The notes below the pieces were generated by a model, which searched no databases, was not told the origin of the DNA, and was given only the letters and a program-made list of their open reading frames with translations. Made by a program: the position numbers and the translations under genes. Shown in pieces: positions 1 to 10,329 of a DNA stretch of 64,000 nt (the first letter of the stretch is position 1; the number at the start of each line of letters is the position of its first letter). This DNA comes from Dimorphilus gyrociliatus. Taxonomy: Eukaryota; Animalia; Annelida. The stretch is from the NCBI GenBank assembly GCA_904063045.1, contig CAJFCJ010000020.1:1-64000 (forward strand). The letters are read 5' to 3'.

Positions 1-1290
1 CAGCAGACTACTAAAAGTTTGTAAATGGTAGAGAGGAGGGCAATAGGCTACAGTTGGCCGGCAGCGAAGGGTCGAGATCCTTTTTGGGGATCATTATAGT
101 GCGAGACCGCTTCAGACAGGAGGGAATCTGTCCATGTCGCCAGAACAACCTATAGAAAGCCTGAGGGTTAAGCCTTTCGGATCGAATTTCTTAAGATCCT
201 TGTAGGTGATGCCGTCAAGACCGGGAGCAGAGTTGTTGGTTCGCTTAAGCTGGCCGACAATCTCAGCGCGGGATGGGGGACGGAGCAAGGGGTGGTTAGG
301 GTCGGTCAATTCTATGCGTCGATGGCCTGCTTTCGAAGTTAAAGGTATCGGGGGTGAGAGCAGGGGGGATTTCATTGGCGAGTTGAACGTCTTCTGGGTC
401 AGGCGGTGGGGCCGCGCCGGAAGAAACTCCCTGTCGGGAGACCACTGATATGAAGGAGGAGGAGGGGCGACCGATTCAATAAAGAAAGAGGTCATATCTT
501 CAATGGAAGCGGAACACTTGGTCTCCTCAGGGTTAGCGATACGGCGGAAAGTGCTAGCCGGATTACGCTTGTAGGCCCTTTGGATATTAGTAGCCGCTTG
601 CCATTGATTGTTAGCCGCATTCGGAGGGGGGCGAGCAAAGTTCCTATTCGCGACTCTACCGCCAGCACTCTCATGCACCCTGGACTGGCGTTGGAAATGG
701 CGAGAACCCAGGCGTCGAAAACTTCTTCCACGCGGGACCATTCGGACTGACTTCCAATAATCTTGGGGGCAAACTCAGTTAGGATAGCGGCAGCGAAACC
801 CGAAAGTTGCTCCTCGCGTTCCCGTTCAAGCTGTTGATGGGACACGTGCGCAGGAGGAGGGGACGGGGGGTCGGGGAGGAGACTGTTATTATTATTATCA
901 TTAGTAACCTCGTGGTCACGGGACACCGACCGATCCAACCGCGGAGGGGGAGACCAATCTCGAGCGGGAGAGCGGGGACAAGAAAGCGGGGGGGAGAAGA
1001 GGAAGAAGGGACGAGAGAACTGGGGATAATGTCAGCGTCCTCGTCGTAGGAACCATCCCTCTCCGTATCGCACGAAGGCGGCGGGGGGAATCGGGGACCA
1101 CCAGGGGCGCCACCGGTGACGAGTCGATACCGGGGGCAAGGGTAGGCCTAGGTGGGGAGGGATTAGAGGCGACGCGTTCTTCACGGATAAGTTGACTTAG
1201 GCTTGTGGAAGAAGGGCGCGGGGGAGGCGGGGGAGACATCACGGAGGCAGGACCAGCGGCCGAGTCCGGAGAGCTCAACCCCTTATTAAC

Positions 1291-1353
1291 TTTAGGCGGG
1301 GAAATCTGACCTTTAGGCGGGGAAATCCGCTCTTTAGGAGGGGAAATCCGAGC
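1291..1353 (-). repeat. 21-bp tandem repeat x3 inside the retroelement ORF (RISPPKE/RISPPKG/QISPPKV)
   Basis: tttaggcggggaaatc(t/c)g.. units start at 1291, 1312 and 1333. Confidence 0.9.
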
Positions 1354-2884
1354 TTGGGCAGAGGGTTCGGACCTGTAGTTGGGGGGAACGAACTGTCTTG
1401 GTCGGAGCACCGACTTTAGGAGGAGGTTTCCCAGCCTCCGTCGGTCGTGCAAGGGTGGCCCTAGAAGAGGAGGAAGAAACAACCGAACCCGAATCTGGGA
1501 TCGCACTGGCCGGGGGTATTTTTGGGACGAGTGCTGAGGAGGAGATAACCTTACGGGGACGGGGTTTCCTGATCTTACTATTATTTTTGTTTTTAGAAGG
1601 CGACGGCGGCAGAGTGGCGAGCGGCAAGAGAGCCTTTGCGGAAGGAAGAGCCGGGGGGGGAGATTTGACCACTTTCGCAAACGAGCCATTCGGCAGAGCG
1701 GGAAGAGTGGGAATGGTGGCGGGGGAAGGCCCAACAGAGATGCGTTGGACAATGGGCTGGGAAGGGGGGGACTGGGATGCAGCGGCAGGAGAGTCCGAGT
1801 CATCTAAATAGATGGACGAGGGATGACCCCCATGATCGCGGTTGAAATGTCTCTTCACAATCCCCAGTGAACGGAAGAAATGGCGACAGCCCCGACACAT
1901 AAAGGTCACTTGCTTAGCGTGGACGGAGCGGATGTGGGCTGAAATCCTGTTGGTAGTGCCGGAAAAGTTGTTGCAAACAGGGCACATTCTATCCAGAAGA
2001 GGATAGGTTAACGGGATGTCGGTAGGGAGAAGGGGAACGGTAGGAGGAGACGCGGCGGAGACATTAGCTCCGGAAATGCACACGCAGGGCGACACCTTGC
2101 AAGGACATTGCGCGGACACAGAAGCAACGACCGGCGGAGGCCTAGGCGCGTTGGGAGGAATTGTCACACGGTCTGAGTCAGCCGCTGCCTGATTAGGACA
2201 GGGGGCCGGCGCAGGCCTACTCGTGGGAGAAAGATTCTTCTCACAGACAGGGGCAGCGGAGGGATTAGCGGTTGGCTGAGGCCTATCTGTGGGAGCGTTA
2301 ACCGGAGTACCGGCCACGCTAACCGAAGTCCCACAGGATGATTTTGAATTATCAACAGGTACAATGGCGGACGAGGGAGGAACAGCGGCGACAACAGCAG
2401 AGGCACCACCAACCGAACGACGCCGTTCGGAGTTGTAAAAAGTTTGCGTAGCAACCCTTATGGGGGCTATTGCGGGTGCAGGAGAAGAAGCAGCCTTCTT
2501 CTTCTTGGCCGCGAGGGAACGAGTATAGATAGGGGAACGGTCAGGTACAGGGACAGCAACAGTAACAACAGATGGGGCGGGACGGGACTTGGACGGGGGA
2601 CGAGAAGGAGGGACAGACACAGAAACATGACCGCCAGGAACAGCCGTACTCACCCTCGACGAAACCGGATCAGCAGTAGCAGAAGAGGAAGAGAGGACGG
2701 CAGAGGGGGCACCCAGAACCGAAGAGGAAGAAGATGCAGCCGTAGTAGCAGTGGTAGTAGTAGTAGAGGTAGTAGAGGTAGAAGAGGGGGAGGGAGAACC
2801 GGTAATGACCTTATCAGGTCGCGAGACAGGTGTAGAGGTGACGGGAACGGAGATGGGAGAGTTAGAGAGGTTATCCGAAACAGG

Positions 2885-2905
2885 CACACACACACACACA
2901 CACAC
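2885..2905. repeat. (CA)n microsatellite at a frameshift point of the retroelement ORF
   Basis: Run cacacacacacacacacacac; the reading frame switches here (CRSCVCVCVCACFG versus DPVCVCVCVPVSDNL). Confidence 0.85.
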
Positions 2906-3435
2906 AGGATCGGCAGGAGGAATAACAAAGTACGAGGAGGGAAGGAACGTCGGGCCGCGGAAGGCAGAGAAGACGTTCTTGAGAGGCCAGCCGCACATCA
3001 GCCGCACATAACATATTCGCCATGTAGCCAGCATCCTCATCCTCCGCAGCGCCCTCTGCCAGACCGGAATCCAGGCCGTTGTCTTCAGCGGGGACGCTAG
3101 CTAAAGAGCCCGCGTCCTGCTTTGCCGCGTCTTCCTTCTCACCATCACGCCGAACAGGAGACTTGTCCATGAGCTCGGATAAAGTGGAGCCGTCGTTACT
3201 TTGTACAGCCCACCCATCGTCATCTGCGTCGTTGGTGGCATCGTTCCCCGAGCCGTTGGTCTCCTCTGTGCCGGACTACCTCCCGGTGGGGGTTATCCGA
3301 TGGCACTCCGGATGTCGGACCGCTCCCATTGGAGCTATCCAGCGACACCCTCTCTGCTACAGCAACCGGAACTCCTGGTAGCCCTGAAAAGCGCTGTTCT
3401 GCTGATGTATCTGCCCTACTTTGGGACGTTAGCGG

Positions 3436-3970
3436 ATTTAGAACCTTTTTGTAGTAATATCTTATTTTCATAAACGCACGGAGCGGTTTTCGCCTCACAT
3501 TGATTTAGAATTTTTGTGAAATATTTTTTCATTGCTAATTCAAAAATGTTAGAACGACTAGATTATTGAGAATAGGTCACTAACTGCTTTGTTTTTAAAA
3601 TTTGGTAGCACTTTGAAGTTTCCTTTTACAAACGGTAGACGGCGTCTTTTGCAAATTCAGTAATTTGTAGATGGCGTATGATGGCATTTTTAACGGATGC
3701 TTATGTCTGTAGATGGCGTATCTTTCCAATTTATCAGTCGTTATTTATCTGGTAGATGGCGTCATTATTCCTTTTTCTCGTGTACTAATATTATCTTTAA
3801 ATTTAGTGAAATAGGAAAGAAGTGATACTTATACTTTTTGAAATTTACAGTTTAATCTTCAAAAATTTTTAACTGTATCAAGATTATCATTCGGTTTTTT
3901 TTCTAAAGTTTCATTTAAGTGGTTTTTTTATTTTGAATTCTGTTATTTTGTAATTAATCTTTATAAAATT
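3436..3970. repeat. Copy 1 of the U2 snRNA upstream flank (direct repeat of 7923-8530)
   Basis: 3436-3765 aligns closely with 7923-8252 (atttagaacctttttgtagtaatatcttattttcataaacgca... tagatggcgtca). Weaker similarity continues to about 3970/8530 (atcaagat.atc.ttcg, gtaattaatctttataa). Confidence 0.9.
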
Positions 3971-5274
3971 CGATTTAGACAGTTTGACTTTAAAGAATTA
4001 CAGTATATAGATACCAGATAGACCGAATTATCCGACTCATCAAATAAAAGTTTTGTTTGTACTCCAGTCTTTTCTAGGGGTTACAAGGGCGATACAAATT
4101 TCGGCGATACATTTATATCTACTGGAAGTGAGGCAGGGATCACTCCGGTAAAAATAGTGCGCCAAGTAGTCAAAAGTGCACCAGTTTTAATAGTTTGAAA
4201 TATAATTATATTTACGAAGAATGAAAGGAAATTTAAGGGGTTGTCCTGTATTACGAACAAATCGAAATTAAAGCAGACACTACAACACTTTGACCTTTGA
4301 CAACGTGGAGGTCAAAGAAACTTTTTTAGTTCATTACCACTAAGATTCCAAAAAAAGAATTCGGAAATGTGAGCGATATTAGGGAGTTTATTGCCGGAAG
4401 TGTGAGAGTATTAGAAAATGGCATAATGGTCATTCCGTACAGCCAGAGTATATTTTGCAGTGTATGAGCAATGAAGGTAATAGAGGGGTTATGATCTAGT
4501 AGTGACTGAATAATAACGCCTAGAATACGGCTAATAGTGTGAAAAGAATTGACGAGGGAAAAAAGTGAATGGCTGACAATACACGTAACATATGAAGATA
4601 CTGTTGATAGTTCTTGCTATAGCTAGGCCAATCGCGTTATGACTGAAATGAAGTTGTTGGGGTTGGTGAGAACAGAAATAGATGTTTGTGTTCTGATAAT
4701 GGAGGTAATCTTGCGATATATTACGTAAATTTTTCGTATTTTGCACATCTCTGTTTATAAGTAGATTTGTATGTGCGACAAGTGTCTTGAATTTGTGCCA
4801 AGCGGTACATTGTCGGGTAGAAATAGTGTTGTATTGCTGAACATTCGTGCTAAGGCGTTTCCTCTTAGATAGTGAAGAAGCAGGTAATGAAAATTCAAAT
4901 GTAGACTAGGTCTAAGAAACTCTCTTTTCTTTCCGTATCATTATTTGCATTGTAGAATTTGCAATTTTCTGCTTCATAGACGACAGACATTTGTAAAATC
5001 TTCAATGTTGGTTTTCAACAAGGGTGTGATTATTACGGTCCTGATTTTCAGTTTGATAAACTTTTACTTTTTATTTATTTATATTTCTATCTTTTGATCA
5101 TATGCAGTACACTGATTTTCGGATGTATCTTTCTAAACCAAACTGCAAGAAAGAAATTGGAGAAACCAAAGATCTCAACGAAAGAAGTTAGGGAACAAAC
5201 AAGTGACATGTCCAGTAGAACAGTTAAAAACAAAAACGAATCGGAGGCTTAAGAAATGATGGACGATGTACTTA

Positions 5275-7200
5275 AAGATAACGGCGGGAAAACTGCGCTA
5301 ACAGTGGATATTGAAGAAACTGACCCGTGAACGATGGAAAATTAGCGTGTGAAACTCAATAAACAGAAATTTTGGAAGAATTGTTATAAAGTCAATTGAT
5401 TTCTTAATCAGGAGATAAGGTAAAACATCAGTCCTTGTAGTCTCCCTTAAACATCTGATGTAGTCTGAACAAAATCTCGAATTTCAGGAAAATCAACAAC
5501 ACCTCAATCTACCGCTATTACCACTATGGAGATTGCAAAGCAATTACGACTTAAAACTGGCGGCTAACAACAGTTTTAAAGACATTAAATTAATGGCTAA
5601 GCTATCTTCTATATGTTTGGAACCGATAGTGAAAAGAGGAAAGAGTGAGCGTTGAAGGGAAGTGTTCTACGAAATTGCGGTAAAAAGAACACGTGTAAGA
5701 TTAACATCGACTGGCCATGGCGCAATACATTATATGCATACGAGAGTGACTATAACATTCGACTCATTAATTGGAAGGCTCATAATGTACTCGTGCCAAT
5801 AGGAGCATTATCTTAAATCTTACACGTGTAGATTAACATCGACTAGCCATGGCGCAATACATAATACAGACGAGAGTTGCCGTAACATTCGACTGATGAA
5901 TAGGAGGCGTATAATATATCCGAGCCTGAAAGAAGACTTTTTCCTGAACGCGATATTAGGATTGAGCAATCTTCATTTTAAGTGTGAAGGAGCTTCTTGT
6001 TCGCAATGTAAGTGTTGAATACCAATGCGTTGTTTGTCGTTAGTACTTTTAAAAAAAGACATTTTGGAAATATCATAAAAGCGCAACACATATATCCTGT
6101 GAAGCCTTTAAAATAGAGGAATGTGAAAAGGTTGTTTATTTTAATTGATTATGGCCTACTTCATAATAACGGCGCGAAAAAAGCGCCAACGGCGGGTTAA
6201 TGAAGGCAATAGGCCATTAGGAGCAAGGAACCAGTCAACGGTGGAATAGTAACGCGCGAATCCGAAGAAAAAGAACTTTTGGTAGAATTGTAAAGGACGT
6301 ATTCATTAATCAGGAGATAAGGTAATAATATCAGTTATTTCACCGTCACCTAATAATCCGATGTGGTCCAAACAGAATGACGAATTTCAGCAACATCAAT
6401 CAAACGTTAAACTACCCCTATTATCGCTTTTAGGAATGCAAAGTAATTACGAGTTAGAAGAGACAGACAATAATAGTTCGTACAGACATTTGATTAATGG
6501 TTAAGCCATCATGTATATGTTTGGAACCTTGATTGAAAAGAGGAAAGAATGAGCGTCGAAGGGAATTGTTCTACCAAATTTGCAGATGAAAGAATGTGCG
6601 GAAGATGAGCATGGATTGACTAAAGCGCAGAACATTATATGCAGACGAGAGCGACCATAACATTCCACTCATCAGTAAGGAGGCTCAGAAATGCACTCGT
6701 TCCTCGAGGAAGAGTGTTGTATAGTGCATTTTAGGAGGATAGAGCAATGATCACCCGAACTATGAAGAGGCTTCTTATTGTTAATGTGAGTGTTAAATAC
6801 CAATGCGTTGTTTCCCGCTAATAATTTGATAAAAAGGGTAAATTCAAAAACTATAGACGCGCAAGAGATATGTCCAATGGAACCGTTAACAACGCGAATG
6901 TGAAAGGGTATGTGGATTTCGAAATAATACATAGCGAGCGTGTATAGAAACCTTCAAAACGCCGCCGCCGTTGCTTGGTTGTTATGTAGTACCAAGTGAA
7001 ACCAGGAGAAATCCTGTGAAAGCTTATTGATCTTTGACCGCAGAAAAATACCGAGAACCAATCGCGTAAGATAGTTCTAATCTACCACTATGTCCACTGG
7101 AGGCATCGCCAACACAACTACGATTTAGAAGTAGAGGACAAGACCATCTACGACGTAGATGACAACCAAAATTTCATGATGAGGGAGTTCAGGATTGGCA
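5275..7200 (+). pseudogene. Decayed, tandemly triplicated coding-like unit (about 0.8-0.9 kb); weak resemblance to Ulp1/SENP (C48) peptidase domains
   Basis: Shared blocks: ttaatcaggagataaggtaa (5404, 6307), tatatgtttggaacc..gaaaagaggaaaga.tgagcgt.gaaggga (5610-5660, 6514-6563), gtgtt.aataccaatgcgttgttt (6012, 6790), and a partial third copy at about 7075-7140. Differences favour third codon positions of a plus-strand frame (LP.L...QSNY(D/E)L). Many stops and frameshifts. Confidence 0.45.
5689..5950 (+). repeat. 133-bp internal tandem duplication within the first decayed unit
   Basis: acacgtgta(a)gattaacatcgact.gccatggcgcaatacat... at 5689 and 5822. Confidence 0.85.
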
Positions 7201-7662
7201 TGTGTGAGTGTTAACTTGATTGGAAGCGTCTAATAATAGTTGTAATGCTTTTTCCAGTTAGATGTCTGGAGATTGGGCAGTGAATAGTAAATCACCGACG
7301 TGTACTTCTGCCACTTTTTCTCCACATGCCACACGTCCACCAGATAATTATACAAATAATAAATTATTTTTCCGCCGTCCACACTTGGCCTTCCAGAGTT
7401 TCAAGCGCTGAAGAAACGTTGATTTATAATTCTTGTTATGAAGAAAGAAAGCAATTGTGGTTTGATTCTTCTGCAATATGATAATGCCGACGTAGAAGCT
7501 TTTTTCATACTACCCGGTAGCGTGGACCATTTCTGGAACATAAATAAAAATAAATTGTATAAATGTACTGAAAATCCCACTTAACCTCAAAAGGACAAGA
7601 GGTTCTTTTCCCTTATATGTGCTATTGTTTTAGAGTAGAAATTTTCTTCCGTAGAAGAAAAT

Positions 7663-7848
7663 GGGCCAAACTTGGAGGTACTGCTATACCAAGTCAACCC
7701 GTGAGAAAACTTAAGCAAGCTTAATGCTTTCTCTGAAGACAAAAATACTGTTAACCATATTAGATAACACAGTGTGTTATCAGTTAGCGGTTAAACTAAC
7801 TAGAACAGATACTACACTTTGATCTTAGCCAAAAGGCCGAGAAGCGAT
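7663..7848 (-). ncRNA. U2: U2 spliceosomal snRNA, full length
   Basis: Minus strand reads ATCGCTTCTCGGCCTTTTGGCTAAGATCAAAGTGTAGTATCTGTTCT (canonical U2 5' end with branch-site pairing GTAGTA). Then stem IIa GTTAG/CTAAC, stem IIb GATAACAC/GTGTTATC, Sm site ATTTTTG, stem III GAGAAAGC..GTTTTCTC and stem IV ending GGTATAGCAGTACCTCCAAGTTTGGCCCA. Confidence 0.97.
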
Positions 7849-7922
7849 AACATCCATCGTTTCATCAGTTTTTTTATGCGTTTCGAGCCTATTTCCGTTA
7901 CTTTTTGTCCCTGCGATTCGAA

Positions 7923-8530
7923 ATTTAGAACCTTTTTGTAGTAATATCTTATTTTCATAAACGCATGGAGCGGTTTCCACTTCATATTGATTAAGAATTC
8001 TTGTGAAATATTTTTTCAATGCTAATTCAAAAATATTAGAGCGACTAGATTATTGAGAATAGGTTATTAACGGCTTTTTTTTTTTAATTTGGTAGCACTT
8101 TGAAGTTTTCTTTTACAAACGGTAGACGGCGTTTTTTGCAAATTCAGCAATTTGTAGATGGCGTATGATGGCATTTTTAACGGATGCTTATGTCTGTAGA
8201 TGGCGTATCTTTCCAATTTATCAGTCGTTTTATATTTGATAGATGGCGTCATATATATAGCGAGCGTTAATTGTCGATTATCATATTTTTAGTTTAAAAA
8301 GAATATTCCTTTAATGGCCTTTCTGTGTTCTTTAATTTTTTGTCGTCGAGTTTTAACATTTTGTTTTCATTGGAGGAAATAGAACAGATGTTGTTGACCC
8401 TCTTCATTGTATAATGTTAACGTTTAATTTTCTGTTTTAAATTTATCAAGATCATCGTTCGATTTATTTTATAAAGTCCCAGTCTTTTTAATGTTTTAAT
8501 TCTCTTATTTAGTAATTAATCTTTATAAGA
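7923..8530 (-). promoter_or_regulatory. U2 upstream regulatory flank (from -75) with four TAGAYGGCGT motifs
   Basis: Lies directly upstream of U2. Motifs at 8122, 8154, 8196 and 8240 are kept in the second copy at 3635, 3667, 3709 and 3752. Confidence 0.65.
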
Positions 8531-9539
8531 TTTGAGGGTGTATTTTTTTATTAGGTTTGTTACAAAGTACTTTCGTCCTTTCTTAGTATTATTAGTGGTG
8601 TTATTAAAGCTACTTCCTTAACGGATGTTTTTCACTCGTCATAAAATGAATGTGCAATAAAATTGATAGTTCTTTGACTAGTTTCAGTCTTTGATTGTAA
8701 ATTGAAAGTTTATTAGTCTTTGTAACTTTTTGCCTCTTTAATTTTGCCTTTTGTTTAAGTATATATTACTATATGATAGTATGTAATAATCAGTAATACG
8801 AATTGTAACGTCGCAAATTTTGGTATTGTTTGCCAGTTGCTGTTTCATTTTAGATCTTACGGAAGCTTTCGCTGCGCCATCTTTTGCGAAAAATAGGCAA
8901 GGGCCTTCTGGTACGTATAATAAAAGGTTTGTTGTTAAAAAAGACCTGAAAAGAAAATCTCCTGGATCTAGTTAATTGCTTTTAGATTAATCAAAACATA
9001 TTTTTACGACCTGATTGCTTTTAACTTGCCTACAAATTATATTTACTTGAACATGATTTGTAATCTTGATCTTTTCATACATGAAATCGTTTTGAAGTGG
9101 TCTTTTTCATGATGGAAATTTTTGTGAAAAAGGTAGTTGTTTTCATAACTGAATGTTTTTCGAGATTACACTTTAAAAGTAGCGTTATATAGTAAGAGGA
9201 AAAGAAACATAATGACAAAGATTGGCTTGGTGAAGTGTTATAAATCGAAATTTGATACAAACTTTCTATAGAAATGGTGTTTGTTTAAAAAAATACAAAC
9301 TAATAATAAACGGAATAAAGGAAGAACACAGAGCCGGAGAGTATACAAAATCGGAAAATATTGTATGCGTTGATCGTTTTGTGTAACTGTCGGCATGCTT
9401 TGATGTAAAGGTGCATTGCACCGGCTTTCTTTATTGCACATTTCGTTTGTTTTGTGTTTTAATTTAATGGTACGGCGCCAATGCGCAATTGAACGTTTGT
9501 ACTATACTGATCGCGTGCGCGTCTAGATCTTTGTCTATG

Positions 9540-9850
9540 AATTGATCAAAGGTCTAATTGACTCGTCTCCAACGTCGTACCGACCGTATAAGTTTCTTTT
9601 AAGTTCATTTTTAATTGTTTTATTAATGAATACGATCCGTTATACGGCTAAATTATCTGCTACCGTCATCTTTAGGTTTTAATTAAGAACCGTGAGGTGT
9701 AATCCGATTTTTAGCTTTTCGAGTGTCTCTTAAAAAGCTGTTCGTGAGCTATCACTCACGAATCGTTCAACGAACGCGTGTCTTTTGAAGTGGAACGGAA
9801 AGGCGTCATAAAGAGCGTCGCGTGGGAAGACGGGTACCGTTCAAAGGCGG
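9540..9850 (+). promoter_or_regulatory. Candidate Brachyury upstream enhancer with TCF/LEF and Su(H)/CSL-type sites
   Basis: ATCAAAG 9545-9551, CGTGGGAA 9821-9828, TTCAAAG 9840-9846, 0.5-0.8 kb upstream of the ATG. Motif matches only. Confidence 0.35.
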
Positions 9851-10329
9851 GAGTAGTGACAAAACGAAACGGCTCAAAGGATTCGAGGCAAAGCCCCGTT
9901 CTACTGCACTATCAACAATCCGCGGCTCGCCCTGCGTAAACAATTGAGTCAATGCCTGAATATTACAGCGAATAAAAGGAGCCGGCACGTATTTAGCATA
10001 ATCTTGCGCACCTGCGTTAGCGCCTCTTCATTATCACTAGGTATCGGCTTTATGTCTTTCTACGGATCAACCCCGCGTCACTAGGACACCCATCGGCTAT
10101 CGAACAAACAACAAGTAAAACAGGCCACCCGTAAAATTTAAGCTCCGCCCACTCCTCTTCTGTTAGCAAATAACCTCTCAGAAAATTGTCGGATCGCTTT
10201 CTTATTGGACATTCGAACAAGCTGTTCGCTGATAGCGTCACTCTCACAGCGCAAAAGTGTCAATAAGGTTGAGATCGATAGTGAGTGTTACAGGACAGTG
10301 TTAGTTGGCTGACAAACTTTGACGAGAGT

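Larger units (their letters stand above)
1..3435 (-). mobile_element. Non-LTR retrotransposon of the RLE group (R2/NeSL/Utopia-like), 5'-truncated and frameshifted; continues beyond the left edge
   Basis: Minus-strand ORF pieces (3220-3498, 2871-3170, 1334-3040, 916-1803, 492-938, 112-741) join into a Pro/Ser-rich N-terminus, two C2H2 fingers (CPVC..HIRSVH, CRGC..HFNRDH, about 1830-1990), the pre-RT motif AATNIQRAYKRNPASTFRRI and RT motif 0 SAPGLDGITYKDLKKFDP. After two further frameshifts it reads GQIPSCLKRSRTIMIPKK...N(W)(R)PIALLSTIYKL (RT motifs 1-2, positions 1-140). There is no ATG between the 5' junction (about 3435) and the ORF. Confidence 0.9.

Noticed and set aside
206-3473. Plus-strand ORFs of 80-218 aa over the retroelement
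   Set aside because: Antisense shadows of a GC-rich, low-complexity ORF; no domain motifs.
4273-4317. Partial similarity to the U2 branch-site region (cagacactacaacactttgacctt) and a CTTTGACCT/AGGTCAAAG hairpin
   Set aside because: Only about 25 nt with a gap and mismatches; no flanking U2 structure and no Helitron CTRR end. Could be chance.
4330-4750. Minus-strand stretch vaguely like an APE endonuclease (IFICYVYCQP, NDHYAI)
   Set aside because: Motifs fall in different frames and catalytic residues are missing; cannot be supported without a search.
7200-7330. Minus-strand HVGDLLFTAQSPDI*LEKALQLL, reminiscent of RT motif 5
   Set aside because: No YxDD and no other RT motifs nearby.
3436-8530. 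The two direct repeats read as LTRs of a 5-kb LTR element
   Set aside because: No TG..CA ends, PBS, PPT or gag/pol; the repeat is explained as the U2 upstream flank.
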